IMG/VR virus record: IMGVR_UViG_3300005805_000069
Coordinates: 1 to 15,441 of that record
From: a virus
Lineage: Duplodnaviria; Heunggongvirae; Uroviricota; Caudoviricetes
Direction: 5' to 3' (one strand)
DNA: 15,441 bases
Of this stretch, positions 14,201 to 15,441 are shown piece after piece. Made by a program: the position numbers and the translations under genes. The notes under the pieces are model-generated. The model made no database searches, was not told the origin of the DNA, and worked only from the letters and a program-made list of their open reading frames with translations. Numbering within the stretch: the stretch's first letter is position 1; each line of letters opens with the position of its first letter.

Positions 14201-15441
14201 ATAGTCTCTATTAGAAACATTCTCATCATTTATATCCACTGTGTCTTCATCATTGAAGCTAATACCCAGTGTACGAAGCTTTTCTTTTGTCCTGATAACC
14301 AATTGGTTAAAACGTTCTTCTCCAAGCTTCTGATATTTTTTCTCAGCATCACTTGCATAAGCTTCTTTAATTCTATCAAAGATTTCTTTACCAGTGATTT
14401 TCTTAATATCGTAGAGAGACTTCTTGCTGTCTCCAAATATATAGTTAGCTACACGAGCTGTCATATCTTGGACAAACTCATAAGCCTGTGTTTCTGTAAG
14501 TCCAGGAATACGCATGTATTCAGGAGTGGAGGCAGCAATAGAAGCAGGAAGTGTAAGGTCTTTAAACTTACCAGCCTCAATAGCTTTGAACAGCTGCTCC
14601 TTCATAGAAGGTTTCTGTACAAAGGATTTGAAGAAGTCTATAATACTTCTAAAGAATCTAACAACTCTTTCTCCTAGATTGCGTGCAGGAAGTTTACCCA
14701 CTCTAAATGCACCAAAGTCATCAGCTATTCTTTCCTTAGCCTGTTGGTCTGTAGCATCAGCATAGTTTATCTTCTTACCAGAAGCTCTGTCTGTAAACTG
14801 ACCAGCTTTAGCTTTGAACTCATCCAGAATTAATTGTCTTTGCTCAGGAGTGAGGAACCCTTTCCATATACCCTCAAATACCTCGTGGTATGGAGTGGTG
14901 CCAGGAGCACCCTTATAGAACTTAGCTACATTGTTCTCAAACACACCCCACGCTTTTTCGTTATCATATGTATTTACTAGATTGTCCAACACCTCGTATG
15001 GAATAGTAGGTACTTTATCTGCAGCCCAGATTTTAAACAGTTCTATCTGTGCATCTGTAAGCGTTTCAACACCAGCCTCTTTTGCACCCACTCTCATGTA
15101 GTCATCCTGAGGAGCACCTGTTCCTTGTGGATTATATTTCTCTGTTGTAGGTTTAGCTCCTTCTAAAGCAGCTAGTTCTGCATCATATTTAGCATTAATA
15201 GGTTTAGCAATCTCATCAAATTCTTTTAAATAAATCTCTTCTTCAGTTGATTCTTCTGGAGATATAGATACAAAAGCACTTTCATTTGGTAACTTTGATT
15301 GCTTTTCTGATCTTAGCTTTGGTTCTTCAGAAGGATCAAAATCAAATAAATTTTTTCTTCTCCATTTTTCCCATGCTTCTTGATGTTGTTTTTCAGCATC
15401 AGCTGATGTATTTTCTTCACTATTAATAAAGTAAGTAACTT
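8249..15441 (-). CDS. crAss-like single-subunit (fused beta/beta-prime double-psi barrel) virion DNA-dependent RNA polymerase; 5'-partial, at least 2396 aa
   Basis: Catalytic DFDID at 10925-10939 in GDTIVVPSEVTAKAGSDFDIDK, the same DFDID motif as phi14:2 gp66, preceded by GFRIPTQ (R at 11054-11056). Candidate beta-like Lys motifs LDKFSQMPL (K 11924-11926) and FESGRKVG (K 11810-11812). Later VGISAVNITGHS and SFVDVAKDP. The frame stays open 114 codons upstream of ATG 15097 to the window edge. Confidence 0.92.
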   Translation of the reverse strand, partial: VTYFINSEENTSADAEKQHQEAWEKWRRKNLFDFDPSEEPKLRSEKQSKLPNESAFVSISPEESTEEEIYLKEFDEIAKPINAKYDAELAALEGAKPTTEKYNPQGTGAPQDDYMRVGAKEAGVETLTDAQIELFKIWAADKVPTIPYEVLDNLVNTYDNEKAWGVFENNVAKFYKGAPGTTPYHEVFEGIWKGFLTPEQRQLILDEFKAKAGQFTDRASGKKINYADATDQQAKERIADDFGAFRVGKLPARNLGERVVRFFRSIIDFFKSFVQKPSMKEQLFKAIEAGKFKDLTLPASIAASTPEYMRIPGLTETQAYEFVQDMTARVANYIFGDSKKSLYDIKKITGKEIFDRIKEAYASDAEKKYQKLGEERFNQLVIRTKEKLRTLGISFNDEDTVDINDENVSNRDYAPEPFSTDWKKTSPFPVKLVAATLPEVKPTNQQTASSLKLPERDTSSVKGLKLASFGRVFNTVLDKVSNTTNLKLIKDKLVNLAKNDGTFVRFFQRIGGDLDNMDFKLSSREDWRLFINFYQTFTKQKPNADIQYFDGNSVYTAPANQFTASKLLQSEWFENMKALADDPASIIKKNKQKQTFEVDKSKLPGSVPKEPQPMVNFLADLGVSFPLSAYTSLKTTQKDEFGKAVAGIYTYIQKSTEVGTITGKTLGINPQLSDLANLYINVTNPSQDSTYFGVENQRIQSYADNNVPSIMENEFNSVKTVEELKQLRPELNDVFSTNSITLKDGENFYNAEGERYKKIKIGYIQGRKTVDSDKGVTTSKLTLGDRFTQEINENLNGDYYILVPADGSTEWKINLGNHMPFVDIAGGRGWNKIYSVFKGYLQDEVALALDYENRENLKNVGDKAKELRFFKEILKEKDVNAIEKMIANGSTQDQINEYIDKNIDDINAAVADFINTTVEETTKLLIDNNQISLIKKGQYSYPGLQDKFTTASDINKFNINKFNMSEQDVKNLLTFVNANYIINNIELHKLIFGDPYEFAIKNGKLDETKRIKSFLSPRRITFDSPEYNSFLNDDYNTASGVKLTPNDPGYHLHKSYTNTVTLADINLSSELYPKINEADAASFIMDTTYREVKLKNGQWIDEVSEPWHQWQMAYTRNKLAAKGEYVYTSDRLQKADSELISKPEPAFVTDVLKPIVSGVKAAETKIDNVLDKFSQMPLYYKDVEGRNLEKLYIKMWKENIGYAVFESGRKVGATELYNMYNADGSINEKPFDGIVKVPWKAYGIQVENAYENPKDQTRGSQLTKLSSLDLFSDGKGTQQAKKAYERNLKALNDLHENGYKTLLNRLGLEDLGDGFRLVNPKAVQETLEYELLRREMAENAKDTIKLDENGQFIIPFEASPAYKQIKDILFSMVNKSLVSPKMNGAPKVQVPVTGWEKQNRKAGKPNPELKFYTKEDPYMEVLLPHWFRGKFSKKKFPNDEAILKYLNTSPEGKSILRGIGFRIPTQSMSSIEVFRVKGFLPQSMGDTIVVPSEVTAKAGSDFDIDKMNTYLKSTYIDKNGDIKLVKYQGSEEATKAFFGKVFDEVLEKQKINKAELLEAAQILSLGLEDSNNLLDKYSNLLDVLLEDVQDSSKFEDEIMKELERLGDVDLQAKLKNRFVDDMYRRSLENEYYISLEDMITLPENFDRLVSPVDDAGLSKLATELDVLRKEDETTIPGRLLNRNYMTPLRNAFVTAKKWVGISAVNITGHSLTQKAEVYIDPDRFEALSDFDKKMLGDGKVYLPHNSVVVDGKEYISISGKMTADNTQYISDRLSGYATSFVDVAKDPYIMKIIGSNSVVGVFMFLERIGAGENTIWFMNQPIIREYLSYLNSIGAKGLFSKKNIDHVKGGFAYTVDPGESFGRTFDVNKLKDNIRVYYENKQQMPTGEDNAEQEAILNEFLKYAKMAEYNFKLTQASNYDTTKFRSGDEFSRKQARTSAARDKNIFSSVDKILDSSFIGNQAKFIDSAMSSLGEIIKTEKDDFTIITNDVIKPFLENEFLGAEDFNRIAAKVKTSFIDYVIQTQSPLNTEIEALVVSNNSVADQLAQAKKRHPEMKLLNELQVVSSDRIGGAKSVRLRANLKDAFDTDMYTDMMRELKLVEPDLYNGLVKLSLIQGTYQSAISIRNIIPVEDLSVMIKPVIDPLTSTEEIKSFGKGAFYRNNWKDDAIVPSVQPKFFAAAELAIGEDPSGNEIYQYFSPLFPNIEYFGVQSIDRKVLLLSEIYNSAEVKYDFVKIPRVVTDKKTGETIDMTTGQTVTRAMFARQKAQGDLSLKDVFGYQKVKYANGEPLVTAKGEHIYKLVNLYGDGQLASEYYLESKPSVINNGTVKVDNEISDANLIKFFGAKVVAEEEIVPSQDNTIELKDGVKYSSADVNAEMLEKMGYTPAEIGNILKAIC
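12549..12582. repeat. Perfect 15-bp tandem duplication inside the RNAP gene (ATATTAAACTTATTG x2.3)
   Basis: Units at 12549-12563 and 12564-12578 are identical, plus ATAT; encodes DINKFNINKFNM. Confidence 0.95.
14600..14970 (-). other. Zincin-like (metallopeptidase-fold) domain in the RNAP N-terminal region with HExxE in place of HExxH
   Basis: AWGVFENNVAKFYKGAPGTTPYHEVFE (motif at 14873-14887), downstream KERIADDF (14714-14737), and the amphipathic helix VVRFFRSIIDFFKSF. Confidence 0.65.

Noticed and set aside
3652-14765. Many short plus-strand ORFs and three short alternative-frame minus-strand ORFs inside the two giant genes
   Set aside because: They lie fully within long motif-bearing genes, show no recognisable domains and have shadow-frame composition.
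15095-15097. ATG 15097 as the definite RNAP start
   Set aside because: There is no stop or AT-rich initiation region upstream, and the frame is open to the window edge. It cannot be strictly excluded, but the gene is treated as 5'-partial.
8249-15441. Assigning rpoB/rpoC symbols, or calling it a T7/N4-type polymerase
   Set aside because: The motif is DFDIDK rather than cellular NADFDGD, both barrels are on one chain, and Pol-A-type motifs are absent. It fits the crAss-like gp66 family, which has no standard gene symbol.

Overview
Virion-structure and virion-cargo segment of a crAss-like (Crassvirales-type) phage, most likely infecting a Bacteroidota host. All real genes are on the minus strand and read under the standard code. 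In transcription order (right to left): (1) a giant single-chain virion RNA polymerase of the phi14:2 gp66 type (GFRIPTQ...GSDFDIDK), 5'-truncated by the window (at least 2396 aa, longer than the 2282 aa ORF call), with a degenerate zincin-like domain near its N-terminus; (2) a translationally coupled 1562-aa putative co-ejected protein with a second degenerate zincin-like domain, an apparently intact PD-(D/E)xK nuclease and a long helical body; (3) a 73-bp spacer holding a Bacteroidota-type promoter; (4) a 131-aa small fibre-like virion protein; (5) a fibre protein of more than 1027 aa that the ORF track misses because it runs off the left edge, with two unbroken Pro-free (Gly/Ala)-Thr-Ser triplet tracts. 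The most striking unexplained pattern is that the two giant proteins contain only two cysteines in about 3960 visible residues: the last residue of the RNAP and residue 4 of the next protein. Family assignments come from motifs recognised by eye; no database search was run.
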